Source: an uncultured Clostridia bacterium
Lineage (GTDB): Bacteria > Bacillota > Clostridia > Christensenellales > Pumilibacteraceae
Assembly (NCBI GenBank): GCA_947589145.1
Contig: CANQCB010000001.1
Coordinates: 1-46,012 of the forward strand
Length of the DNA: 46,012 bases
Direction: 5' to 3'
The position numbers were made by a program, and so were the translations under genes. Below are positions 17,485 to 27,110 of this stretch, in pieces. The notes below the pieces were generated by a model. The model worked only from the letters and a program-made list of their open reading frames with translations. It did no database searches and was not told where the DNA came from. Each line of letters begins with the position of its first letter. The first letter of the stretch is position 1.

Positions 17485-17491
17485 ACTAAAG

Positions 17492-19114
17492 ATGATAAAT
17501 TCCATCCACAGCGATTTAATTCGCGGTCATATCGATACCATAATCCTCAGCGTTCTCCATGACGGAGATCGCTACGGTTATGAGATCCTCGGCGAAATCG
17601 AAAGAAAAAGCGGCGGAGAGTATGTTCTTAAACAGCCGACTCTTTACAGTTGTCTTAAAAGATTGGAGACTCAGGGATTTATCTATAAATATTGGGGTAC
17701 GGAAACCAACGGCGGACGTCGTACTTACTATTCCCTGACGGAAATGGGCAAAACTCTTTTCGAACGGAATAAGGACGAATGGTCTTACTCCTGCGATATT
17801 ATCAACAAATTGATAGGAATCGACGGCGAAGTAACTTATCACCGCATAGACGATAACGATCCCATTGCCAACGCTCCGGTGACAGAGTACCCGGACGAAG
17901 AACAGGACGTCGAGGAAGAAGACGTTGAGGAAACCGAAACAGAGGACGTTGCTGCCGCGTCGATCGAGAGTATAGACGACGCGTATGCCGAAGTTATCGC
18001 AAATGAGGAAGCGAAGGCGCTTACCGAGGACTACGAAACACATTATAGCGATACGATAAACGGCAATTGTTATGCCGACAGACAGGATGACGACAATCTT
18101 CCCGTAAAAGACGACGTGTCGTTCGGCACTTCGCTTTTTGCTAAGGATTACAGCGAGGATCTCGAAGAAGAAAAAACAGATACCGAATATTCGGATATAA
18201 ACGGCGCAAGTGATGAAAATTGCGAAGTCTCCCCTTCTTACGACGCCGTTTTGGCAGAGGACGTTTCTTCAAAAGAGACTTTCAGAAAATATAACGAAAC
18301 CGTTCTACCCGAAGAGACCGACCGCGAAATAACGATTATCCGCGAATATCGCGATGTAATAAACGCACTTTTGCGAGGTCATTCGGACGAAAACGATTTA
18401 GACGCTTTCGTCAAAGACTCCGCTATTTATAATTCGATGACTTCTTACTCATCTTCTTCCGCCGACAGTGAAATCGTTGCCGATAGTACCGAGTCTGAAA
18501 TTACAGCCGACGAGAGTGCGATTTACGCTTATGAAAGTTCTATAAGCAAAGAACCGGAAAAGCGCGGACAAGTCAACTTCGAAGGTCTCGCTTCGGCTGT
18601 AAACAGTATGGGCGACGATTTTCGTATTCGCGTACATAATTCCGAAGCGCAAAAAGAATATAACGGAATTTATCAATATTATTCCAATAAATTGGACCTT
18701 TTCAAATACGGAGTTCTGTTTGCGATAATGTTGATTGAGATTATTGTCCCCTATTTTATTATAAAATTCGGCGCAAAATTACCCATTGCCGGCGAACTTC
18801 CCGTCTTAATAATTTCGGTGATATTGGCAGCAATGTTGCCTATTTACTCGGCTATTGCCTACCTTGTCGAGCCATATAAACGCAAGAGATATAACTTCAA
18901 TTTGAAATCGTCCCTTCTGTACCGAATCGGAATCATGGCACTGCTTTTCGTATTGATTTATGCGGCAAATGTCGTTTTCATGATGGATATCGCATTTGAG
19001 ACGGACTATTTGTTCAGTTTGATTACGCCTGCGCTTCTTGCAACGAACGTACCGCTTGCATCTTTGATTTTCAAAAAGTTATACGACACCAAAAAGTTTG
19101 CCGTTACAGACTGA
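17492..19114 (+). CDS. membrane-tethered PadR-family regulator: N-terminal wHTH, ~300-aa acidic linker, four C-terminal TM helices
   Basis: PadR wHTH 'IRGHIDTIILSVLHDGDRYGYEILGEIERKSGGEYVLKQPTLYSCLKRLETQGFI..GRRTYYSLTEMG'. The acidic low-complexity stretch includes 'DEEQDVEEEDVEETETEDV'. The last ~141 aa (18689-19111) carry four hydrophobic segments. Confidence 0.8.
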   Translation: MINSIHSDLIRGHIDTIILSVLHDGDRYGYEILGEIERKSGGEYVLKQPTLYSCLKRLETQGFIYKYWGTETNGGRRTYYSLTEMGKTLFERNKDEWSYSCDIINKLIGIDGEVTYHRIDDNDPIANAPVTEYPDEEQDVEEEDVEETETEDVAAASIESIDDAYAEVIANEEAKALTEDYETHYSDTINGNCYADRQDDDNLPVKDDVSFGTSLFAKDYSEDLEEEKTDTEYSDINGASDENCEVSPSYDAVLAEDVSSKETFRKYNETVLPEETDREITIIREYRDVINALLRGHSDENDLDAFVKDSAIYNSMTSYSSSSADSEIVADSTESEITADESAIYAYESSISKEPEKRGQVNFEGLASAVNSMGDDFRIRVHNSEAQKEYNGIYQYYSNKLDLFKYGVLFAIMLIEIIVPYFIIKFGAKLPIAGELPVLIISVILAAMLPIYSAIAYLVEPYKRKRYNFNLKSSLLYRIGIMALLFVLIYAANVVFMMDIAFETDYLFSLITPALLATNVPLASLIFKKLYDTKKFAVTD

Positions 19115-19134
19115 CAAAACCGATAGTAAAATAT

Positions 19135-19168
19135 AAGCAGTCGCAAAAATTACTTGCGACTGCTTTTT
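19135..19168. terminator. bidirectional intrinsic terminator between PadR-TM and ynbB
   Basis: AAGCAGTCGCAA (19135-19146) pairs with TTGCGACTGCTT (19154-19165), followed by TTT. An A-run precedes it for the opposite strand. Confidence 0.7.
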
Positions 19169-19257
19169 ATATTCGGTAAATGAATTTGAGAAAATAATAT
19201 AAATGCGCGCGTAAAATCATGGCTCGGCTCAAACTCGGCAAGTTCACAAAGCAGCGT

Positions 19258-20466
19258 TTACAATGTCACCAAACTACGTAAAAGCGCTATTTTTGTGTGC
19301 TCGTATGTTATGCCGCCCTGCACGAATAACGAATACGGAGGGCGTACGGGAGCGTCGGCGCTGAGTTCTATTGACGAGCCCTGAACGAATGTTCCTGCCG
19401 CCATAATTACGGGAACGTCATATCCGGGCATATCCCAAGGCTCGGGACGGGCAAAGCCGTCCACGGGTGAAGCCGCTTGAATAGCGCGGCAGAATGAAAG
19501 CATTTTATCTTTGTCGTTGAAATCGATCACGCGTACAATGTCGCCGCTGAGATCCTTTGAAGGCGGAAATACCTCATATCCGAGTTTTTCCATAACCGCG
19601 GAAATCAAGAGACCTCCCTTTCTCGCTTGCGCTACAACGTGAGGGGCAATAAACAACCCCTGATAAAATGAACGATACGAATGTTCGTATGAGCCTATTT
19701 CAGCGCCCACACCTGGCGCAGTCAACCTCGCCGCTACTTTATCGATCAATTCCTTCTTTCCCGCTATATATCCGCCCGTAGGAGCAATCGCGCCGCCCGG
19801 ATTTTTGATCAACGATCCCATGATAAGATCGGCGCCCACATCGGTAGGTTCAACCGTCTCCGCAAATTCTCCGTAACAATTATCCACCAAAAGCGGCGCA
19901 GACGTCAACTGCCTGACAACCTCTATTGTCCTGCCTATTTCCGCCACGGAAAACCCTTTTCTGCGTTCGTAACCGGGACTGCGCTGCATATAAAGCGCGC
20001 TGTATGCGTTCTTTTTAATCAAATCAAGTGCGGCTGAAATATCGATACCGTCATTAAGCGGAACAATGTCGAAAGTGATATCGAAGTCTTTCAAAGACCC
20101 GTTCCCGTCTCCGAATATTACTCCGCGAAGAGTATCGTAAGGATACCCTGTCAGACATAATACCCTATCTTTTGGACGCAAAATGCCGAATAAAGCGCAG
20201 GAAATAGTATGCGTTCCGGATGCAAAATGCGGCGAGGCCAATGCCGCCTCCGCATGAAAAACCTTTGCGAAGAGTTCCGAAAGTTTATCCCTACCGTCGT
20301 CACCGTATCCATATCCCGTAGATGGCGAAAAATGTCTTGCCGATACACGACACTCAGCGAAAGCGTCAAGTACTTTTTCCTGATTGACAAGCGCGACTCT
20401 GTCAATTTCTTCAAAGTCTCGGATATGCTCGCGCTCTGCCTCTGCAATCAGATCTTTATATTTCAT
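19258..20466 (-). CDS. ynbB: methionine gamma-lyase-family PLP protein (YnbB / 'aluminium resistance' family)
   Basis: Family-typical N-terminus 'VLDAFAECRVSARHFSPSTGYGYGDDGRDKL'. The ATG overlaps the miaA stop (ATGA). Confidence 0.8.
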   Translation of the reverse strand: MKYKDLIAEAEREHIRDFEEIDRVALVNQEKVLDAFAECRVSARHFSPSTGYGYGDDGRDKLSELFAKVFHAEAALASPHFASGTHTISCALFGILRPKDRVLCLTGYPYDTLRGVIFGDGNGSLKDFDITFDIVPLNDGIDISAALDLIKKNAYSALYMQRSPGYERRKGFSVAEIGRTIEVVRQLTSAPLLVDNCYGEFAETVEPTDVGADLIMGSLIKNPGGAIAPTGGYIAGKKELIDKVAARLTAPGVGAEIGSYEHSYRSFYQGLFIAPHVVAQARKGGLLISAVMEKLGYEVFPPSKDLSGDIVRVIDFNDKDKMLSFCRAIQAASPVDGFARPEPWDMPGYDVPVIMAAGTFVQGSSIELSADAPVRPPYSLFVQGGITYEHTKIALLRSLVTL

Positions 20467-21377
20467 TGGCTTAAAAACTCCTTAACCGCCTTATTTACGG
20501 CTTTCATATCGCCATTATAAGAATATACTTCATTGCTCAAACGCATCCAATTAAAAAATATTTGCTGTTTTTTGATAAGTCCGTGATAGCTGTCTCTCAT
20601 CAAATCGGCAATCGACGCTTTATCCAAACCGCATTCCAAACCCGCTATGACTTCCCTATATCCCACAGTAGACATACAACTGAATTTCCAAAACTTTTTC
20701 ATTCGCATTACTTCTTCCAATAATCCGTGGTCCAGCATATAGTCGATGCGTTTTGCCGCAAGATCATCCAATATACTTCTATTGGCGTCCATAATTATCA
20801 ACAGCGCGTCGTATGCTTCGTAACATGTCGCGTCATCTCCCTCGTTTCCCGATGAAACTATTGTCTCAAGTTGTCTTTCCAATCGCGGAGTGTCGTTTGC
20901 GTTGAGCGTCGTTGTCGTATCCAATTTTGTCAATACGTTTCCCAAATATCCGCAATCTTTTATTTCCTGCAAGGTGTGCATTCTTTCTCGAAGTTCGTAG
21001 TTGGGTTCGGTATCTCCGCAGGAATAACCCTTCAACAGCGCATTAAGATAAAAGCCGGTGCCGCCTACGACGATAGGAAGTTTACCGCGAGATATTATGT
21101 CGGAAATGTGTTCCGACGCTTTTTGAACGAAATCCACAACGGTAAACGGCGTTAGCGGGTCTATAATGCTTAACATATAGTGAGGAATTCCGCGCATTTC
21201 TTTCTCGGTAATTTTGCCCGAGCCGATATCCAAACCTCGATATATCTGCACGGAATCCGCACTGATGATCTCGCCGTTATACTTTCTTGCAAGTTTAACG
21301 GCGTATGCCGATTTACCCACGCAAGTAGGTCCGCCAATAGCAATTATACGTTCTTTTACACTATTCTCTTGAACCAT
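20463..21377 (-). CDS. miaA: tRNA dimethylallyltransferase
   Basis: P-loop 'IAIGGPTCVGKS', plus 'IISADSVQIYRGLDIGSGK' and 'PIVVGGTGFYL'. Confidence 0.93.
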   Translation of the reverse strand: MVQENSVKERIIAIGGPTCVGKSAYAVKLARKYNGEIISADSVQIYRGLDIGSGKITEKEMRGIPHYMLSIIDPLTPFTVVDFVQKASEHISDIISRGKLPIVVGGTGFYLNALLKGYSCGDTEPNYELRERMHTLQEIKDCGYLGNVLTKLDTTTTLNANDTPRLERQLETIVSSGNEGDDATCYEAYDALLIIMDANRSILDDLAAKRIDYMLDHGLLEEVMRMKKFWKFSCMSTVGYREVIAGLECGLDKASIADLMRDSYHGLIKKQQIFFNWMRLSNEVYSYNGDMKAVNKAVKEFLSQ

Positions 21378-23236
21378 TTTTCTATTTCCGCCAATTTTAA
21401 TTTTACTGCGATAGGTCTGCCATGAGGACAGAATAACTCTATATTTTGCTCATCTATTGCAATCAATAGTTTTTGTATTTCGCTTTCGGAAAGATTCATT
21501 TTCCCTTTAACCGCCGCTTTGCACGCACTTTGCATGAGTTCTTCCTTCAAAAAACTCTTTTTACTTAATCGAGAGGATCTGAGCGCGGTTATAAGAGACG
21601 CGACCAATTCGTCAAGTTTGACGTCAATAAGCACAAGCGGCAATGCGGACAAAGAGTACGACTGCCCCGAAAGCGAATTTATAACAAATCCAAGCGATGC
21701 GATTTCCTCGGCGTTCTCGTCAATCAACGTTGCGTCTTGCACACTTACGTCAAAAATATACGGAAAAAGTAAATTCTGAACCGTGTTCGCGCCGCTTTCG
21801 ATTTTCTCCGTAAGTTCGTTATACAACAATCTTTCATGCGCCGCATGCTGATCTATAATAATTGTTTCTTCGGCGTTTTCAAGTAAAAGATAGGTATCAA
21901 AAAGCTTTCCCACATATTTGTAATCGGAAAGTTTGAAAACCTCCTCTTTCAATCCGTTACTGTCCACGATTATATCGTGAAAAAGTTTATATTGTCGCTC
22001 TTTGGGCGGATCGATTATGATCTGCCGAGCCGCGCTCTTCGAGGGCGCGGAACTATCCGAGAATACGGCATTACCGACAAACGAGACATCGGAATAAAAT
22101 ATATCATCCGAATCGGATTCCTGCAATATAACATTCGAATCGTGTTTCTGCGAAAGGACACGCCCCGTACCCTCTTGATTCTCGATAGGGTTCGCTGTAA
22201 CAATGTTGTCTTTTCCGTTGCCTTTGTTCAGTACGATTTCATTCGGTTCATGAACGGATTTTTCCAACGCGTCGGCTATTGCGGAAGAAAGCAACCGTCT
22301 TATTATCCCGAAATCCACAAACTTAACTTCCATTTTACCGGGATGGACGTTTATATCAACCATATCGTTCGGTAAATTCAGAAATAAAATATACGCGGGA
22401 TATTGCCTTTTCATTAAGAAATTGGAAAAACAATTATACACCCAGAACGAGACATCGGAATTTACGACATATCTGCCGTTGACTATCAGCGTCTGATAGG
22501 ACCTGTTGTGTTTGGAAAAAGCAGGTTTATTTATATAGCCATACAGTGCTATATCAGACATAGTACTGCTGATATATTGGGTTTCTTTAAGAAAATTCAT
22601 TCCATATACCGAATATATCGCCTCTTTCAGTCCTTTTCCATAGGAACGGTTTACTTCCTTGTCCTCAATATAATAAGTAAATGAAATATTGAAATTTGCT
22701 ATAATCAGGCGTTGCATGAGCGAAGTAATATCTCCGTATTCGCTCCTATCGGAACGCATAAACTTTAATCTCGCAGGGACGTTCGTAAATAAATCGTCAA
22801 CGGTCACCGTTGTTCCGTTAGGCGCTCCACTTTGCAAATATGATATTTCCTTACCGTTTTCGATTACATATTCCGTTCCCAGATCATCCTCTGCCCTTTT
22901 CGTAAGCATGGTTACTTTTGCAACGGACGCTATGCTCGGCAGGGCCTCTCCCCTGAATCCCATGGTTTTAATATCGTCAAGATCGAAAATTTCTTTTATC
23001 TTGCTCGTGGCGTGCGGAAGAAATGCCGTTTTCACATCGTCTTCGGCAATTCCGCAGCCATTGTCCGTTACCCTTATATATCGACCGCCTTTATCTATAT
23101 AAACGAGAATTACGGTTGCTCCGCTGTCGATCGCGTTTTCAACAAGTTCTTTTACGACCGACGCAGGTCTGTCTACAACCTCGCCTGCCGCAATTCTGTT
23201 AAAAACGGCGCTGTCAAGAACGTTTATCTTGCTCAT
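21356..23236 (-). CDS. mutL: DNA mismatch repair protein MutL
   Basis: GHKL ATPase blocks 'AAGEVVDRPASVVKELVENAIDSGAT', 'DNGCGI' and 'GFRGEALPSI'. C-terminal endonuclease domain 'DQHAAHERLLY'. Confidence 0.95.
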   Translation of the reverse strand: MSKINVLDSAVFNRIAAGEVVDRPASVVKELVENAIDSGATVILVYIDKGGRYIRVTDNGCGIAEDDVKTAFLPHATSKIKEIFDLDDIKTMGFRGEALPSIASVAKVTMLTKRAEDDLGTEYVIENGKEISYLQSGAPNGTTVTVDDLFTNVPARLKFMRSDRSEYGDITSLMQRLIIANFNISFTYYIEDKEVNRSYGKGLKEAIYSVYGMNFLKETQYISSTMSDIALYGYINKPAFSKHNRSYQTLIVNGRYVVNSDVSFWVYNCFSNFLMKRQYPAYILFLNLPNDMVDINVHPGKMEVKFVDFGIIRRLLSSAIADALEKSVHEPNEIVLNKGNGKDNIVTANPIENQEGTGRVLSQKHDSNVILQESDSDDIFYSDVSFVGNAVFSDSSAPSKSAARQIIIDPPKERQYKLFHDIIVDSNGLKEEVFKLSDYKYVGKLFDTYLLLENAEETIIIDQHAAHERLLYNELTEKIESGANTVQNLLFPYIFDVSVQDATLIDENAEEIASLGFVINSLSGQSYSLSALPLVLIDVKLDELVASLITALRSSRLSKKSFLKEELMQSACKAAVKGKMNLSESEIQKLLIAIDEQNIELFCPHGRPIAVKLKLAEIEKWFKRIV

Positions 23237-25797
23237 TTATCCACCTCGGCTTTTTCTTTCAAGTCCATGAGTATGTCGTATGCCGCGCGCGGACTGATTT
23301 CATCGGGATCGAGTTCACGCAATATTTTTATAATTTCACTCGATTTATCCGAATTAAACATGGAGACCTGCTGATACTGCGACGACTGTTGTCGCGCTAT
23401 ATTGAGTTTTTCCAACTGTTTCAATATTTCCTTTGCCCTCGAAATTACGGGAGCCGGCAGACCGGACAAGCCGGCAACTTCTATACCGAAACTGCGGTTG
23501 GCGCTGCCTCTCATCATTTTATGCAGGAATACGATATTACCCGAAATTTCTTTGACGGAAATTTTATAATTCTTGACTCCGTCGAGAATGTCTTCAAGAT
23601 CGGTCAACTCATGATAGTGCGTGGAAAACATTACCTTCGACTTCAAGCGTTTGTCCAAATACTCCACTACCGCCCATGCGATCGACAGTCCGTCATAAGT
23701 CGCCGTGCCGCGTCCGACCTCGTCCAAGAGTATAAGACTCTTATCCGTCGCATTTTCCAAAATGTCAGATACCTCGCTCATTTCCACCATAAACGTACTC
23801 CGTCCCGTATGCAAGTCGTCGCTGGCGCCCACGCGAGTGAATACTTTATCGATTATCGGAATTTCCGCAGCCGACGCAGGCACAAACGAACCTATGTGCG
23901 CTAGAATTACGATGAGTGCGACTTGCCGCATATATATGCTTTTTCCTGCCATATTCGGACCGGTTATGATCATCATACGGCTGTCGCTGTCGTTAATATA
24001 CGTATCGTTTGGCACGAAAGAGACCGATTTCATGCGCTCTACAATAAGGTGACGGCCGTCTTTAATGTCTATTGCGGATATCGAACTTCCAATCACGGGT
24101 TTAACATAACCGTATTTTGCGGCATTTTCGGCATTCGAAGCCAGCACGTCTATCTGCGCGAGCACGGATGAAGTATGTATAATTCTGTCCGCTTGCCGAG
24201 ACAAATCTTCTACAAGCGCATTATACAGTTCCTGTTCGAGCGCAATGGCATGTTCGTCGGCGTGCAGAATCTCATCCTCTACTTTTTTCAATTCCTCGGT
24301 AATATACCTTTCCGCATTTACGACGGTTTGTTTGCGCACATAATTGAAAGGTACGTTACTTATCTGCGACTTCGGTACTTCTATAAAATATCCGAAAACG
24401 CTGTTGTATCCCACGCGAAGATTTTTAATGCCCGTGAGTTCTTTTTGCTCGGCTTCTATTCTTGCAAGAATGGTTTTGGAATTTTTCGAAGTGTTTCTGA
24501 AAGTATCGAGATCGGCATTATAGCCGCGCTTGAAAACTCCCCCGTCCGCAACGCGCACGGGAGCGTCCTCGCTGACGGCCGCCGTTAAAACGCTCGCCAC
24601 ATCGTCCAAAGTGTCGAAAGATTCGCGTAAACCTCTCAGAATATCGGAATGAACGTCATTCAAAAGATTCTTTATGTTCGGCAAAGATGAAAGCGACTTG
24701 GCAAGACTCAAAAGTTCCCTCGGCTTAATATCGCCGTATGAAAGACGCGTTGCTATGCGCTCGATATCGGCGATATAAGACAGCTCGCCGATAAGTTCGC
24801 CGCGAAGAATATTGTTATTGACGAGTTCTTCCGTGCCGTCCAGACGAACATTTATAATTTTATCGTCGTTGCTCGGGGCGGAAAGCCATTTAATCAGCAA
24901 CCGTCCGCCCATTCCCGTTTTCGTATTATCGATAGCGTCGGCGACCGACCCGGATTTTTTACCGTCCGAACGCCTCAGAATTTCCAAAGTACCGAGCGCG
25001 TTACTGTCCAAGGTCATAATTTTTTCGTTGTTCTCCGCGCTTTGAATATATTTGAGAGTGCGCTTTTGCGTTTGCCGAACGTAAGTCAAGAGCGCGCCGC
25101 AAGCCCGAATGCACACCTCATCTTGTCGAAAAATATCCTCATAATCTTTGCAATTCTCCCGAATGGCTTTTTTCGCGGTTTCGAGATCGAAATAGGTTGA
25201 GTCGAAAAGCTGAAATTCGCATACGCCGCCGTATTTTACGAGAGAAAGATTGGCGCTTTCCTTTTTCATATCGGCGTTGCAAATAATTTCCGCAGGACCT
25301 ATTCGCGCGATGAGGTCGTTGAGCCGCAAAGAAACTTGTGCGTCGATCGTGGCTCGGTTGAACTCTCCCGTGGAAATATCCGCCCAACATACTCCGACCT
25401 TATTCCCTTCGAGATATACGGAAAGCAGATAATTGTTTCTGTCGGGAGTTAACATTTCACTGTCGGTTACCGTGCCCGGGGTGATAACGCGAACTATCTC
25501 CCTCTTTGCAATCCCCTTTTTCGGCAGTTCTATCTGCTCGCAAATAGCAACTTTGTAACCCTTCGAAATGAGTTTTGCTATGTAAGCATCTGCCGAATGA
25601 TAAGGCACGCCGCACATAGGCGCGCGTTCGGGCAAGCCGCATTGTTTTCCCGTAAGAACGAGATCCAATTCCCTGCTTGCCAATTTTGCGTCGTCAAAAA
25701 ACAATTCGTAAAAGTCGCCGAGCCTGAAAAACAGAATACTGCCCGGATTTTTTTCTTTGATTTCAAGATATTGCGCCATCATACCGGATACGCCCAT
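23233..25797 (-). CDS. mutS: DNA mismatch repair protein MutS
   Basis: 'MMAQYLEIKEKNP', Walker A 'GPNMAGKSIYMRQVAL', 'STFMVEM' and 'DEVGRGTATYDG'. Confidence 0.95.
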   Translation of the reverse strand: MGVSGMMAQYLEIKEKNPGSILFFRLGDFYELFFDDAKLASRELDLVLTGKQCGLPERAPMCGVPYHSADAYIAKLISKGYKVAICEQIELPKKGIAKREIVRVITPGTVTDSEMLTPDRNNYLLSVYLEGNKVGVCWADISTGEFNRATIDAQVSLRLNDLIARIGPAEIICNADMKKESANLSLVKYGGVCEFQLFDSTYFDLETAKKAIRENCKDYEDIFRQDEVCIRACGALLTYVRQTQKRTLKYIQSAENNEKIMTLDSNALGTLEILRRSDGKKSGSVADAIDNTKTGMGGRLLIKWLSAPSNDDKIINVRLDGTEELVNNNILRGELIGELSYIADIERIATRLSYGDIKPRELLSLAKSLSSLPNIKNLLNDVHSDILRGLRESFDTLDDVASVLTAAVSEDAPVRVADGGVFKRGYNADLDTFRNTSKNSKTILARIEAEQKELTGIKNLRVGYNSVFGYFIEVPKSQISNVPFNYVRKQTVVNAERYITEELKKVEDEILHADEHAIALEQELYNALVEDLSRQADRIIHTSSVLAQIDVLASNAENAAKYGYVKPVIGSSISAIDIKDGRHLIVERMKSVSFVPNDTYINDSDSRMMIITGPNMAGKSIYMRQVALIVILAHIGSFVPASAAEIPIIDKVFTRVGASDDLHTGRSTFMVEMSEVSDILENATDKSLILLDEVGRGTATYDGLSIAWAVVEYLDKRLKSKVMFSTHYHELTDLEDILDGVKNYKISVKEISGNIVFLHKMMRGSANRSFGIEVAGLSGLPAPVISRAKEILKQLEKLNIARQQSSQYQQVSMFNSDKSSEIIKILRELDPDEISPRAAYDILMDLKEKAEVDK

Positions 25798-25801
25798 ACC
25801 G

Positions 25802-27103
25802 TCACCCTCTTATCTTTCCGTATAATTTGCTGTTCTTTACCGAAGTAATTTGCACTTCGATGAATTGATTGTAATAATCTTTCCCGCCGTCGTCGAAAAC
25901 TATCACTCTATCGTCCGAAGTCTTACCCGTCGCGTTTTTTCCGTGCCCGTCGCAAAGCACTTCGAACGTTTCGCCAATGCACTTTTCGGCAAGTTTATTC
26001 GATATTTCCGACTGCAAACCGATCAGCCGCGTAATTCTTTCCTTTTTAACTTCTTCGGGGACTTGTCCGTCCATAATCGCGGCAGGAGTTCCGTTGCGTT
26101 TGGAATAAATAAACATAAAGAGATTGTTATACTCAACTTGCTTGACTAAGTCCAGAGTGTCGGAAAAATCCTTTTCGGTTTCCGTCGGAAACCCGACAAT
26201 TATATCGCTCGTCAAGCCGACGTGCGGAATATATTCCTTAATAAGGTCGATTTTTCGAAGATATTCTGCCCTGCCGTATTTGCGGTTCATCTTACGAAGA
26301 ATGTCGTCGCTACCCGACTGCACGGGCAAATGTATGTAATTCGCAAGTTTTTTCTCGCTACCGACAAGTTTTATAACGTCATCTGAAAGATCTTTGGGGT
26401 GAGACGTCATGAATTTTATCCAGAAATCACCGTTAAGCCCGGCAAGTTCGCTAAGAAGAGAATAAAAGTCGTTATTCTCATCGCGGTACGAATTGACGTT
26501 CTGCCCGAGCAAAGTAATTTCTTTCGCCCCGTTCTCAATCAAAATCCGTACTTCTTCTTTCACGTCAACAAGACGACGACTGCGCTCTCTGCCCTTAACA
26601 TACGGCACGATGCAATATGTGCAGAAATTATCGCAACCGTACATTATATTGACGAAACGATTAACGTTATCGGATCGCGTTGCAAGATTCGTCCCCTGCG
26701 GCACTTCCTCATTTACCGAAAGGTCGAGAATGAATTTCTCTCCCTTCTCCACCGCTTTGACCATTTGCGGCAACGCTCCGAGGCTGTACGTACCGGTGAT
26801 AATATTTATAAAAGGACAGCGTTTGTGCAACATTTCCGCCGCTTTTGATTGCTGCGTCATACAACCGCACACCGCCACTATAAGGTTGGGTTTTGATTGT
26901 TTAAGTTTTTTAATTTGCCCGAGATTGCCGAGAACGCGCGTCTCCGCCCCCTCACGAACACAACAAGTGTTAAATACGACTATATCGGCATTTTCCGCAC
27001 AGTCTGCGGCCGTTATATTCTCCCGTTCGAATGCGGAATACAGCTTTTCCGTCTCATGAACGTTCATCTGACAGCCGTACGTTTTTATAAACACTTTTTT
27101 CAC
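25802..27103 (-). CDS. miaB: tRNA-i6A37 methylthiotransferase MiaB (GTG start)
   Basis: 'KKVFIKTYGCQMNVHETE', radical-SAM 'CDNFCTYCIVP', and a TRAM-like C-terminus. The tracked ORF continues to 27472, but that extension is non-homologous and overlaps the divergent PBP gene. Confidence 0.88.
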   Translation of the reverse strand: MKKVFIKTYGCQMNVHETEKLYSAFERENITAADCAENADIVVFNTCCVREGAETRVLGNLGQIKKLKQSKPNLIVAVCGCMTQQSKAAEMLHKRCPFINIITGTYSLGALPQMVKAVEKGEKFILDLSVNEEVPQGTNLATRSDNVNRFVNIMYGCDNFCTYCIVPYVKGRERSRRLVDVKEEVRILIENGAKEITLLGQNVNSYRDENNDFYSLLSELAGLNGDFWIKFMTSHPKDLSDDVIKLVGSEKKLANYIHLPVQSGSDDILRKMNRKYGRAEYLRKIDLIKEYIPHVGLTSDIIVGFPTETEKDFSDTLDLVKQVEYNNLFMFIYSKRNGTPAAIMDGQVPEEVKKERITRLIGLQSEISNKLAEKCIGETFEVLCDGHGKNATGKTSDDRVIVFDDGGKDYYNQFIEVQITSVKNSKLYGKIRG

Positions 27104-27110
27104 ATGTATT

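Noticed and set aside
17381-17491. Tracked ORF starts at 17381 (plus) and 17449 (minus), which would make the PadR-TM and DUF45 genes overlap head to head.
   Set aside because: Both extensions run through the consensus promoters of the two genes and add non-homologous residues. The family N-termini begin at 17492 and 17386.
20463-21377. Absence of hfq downstream of miaA, where ynbB follows directly.
   Set aside because: miaA-hfq linkage is common but not universal in Firmicutes, and hfq may lie elsewhere or be absent. This cannot be judged from one window.
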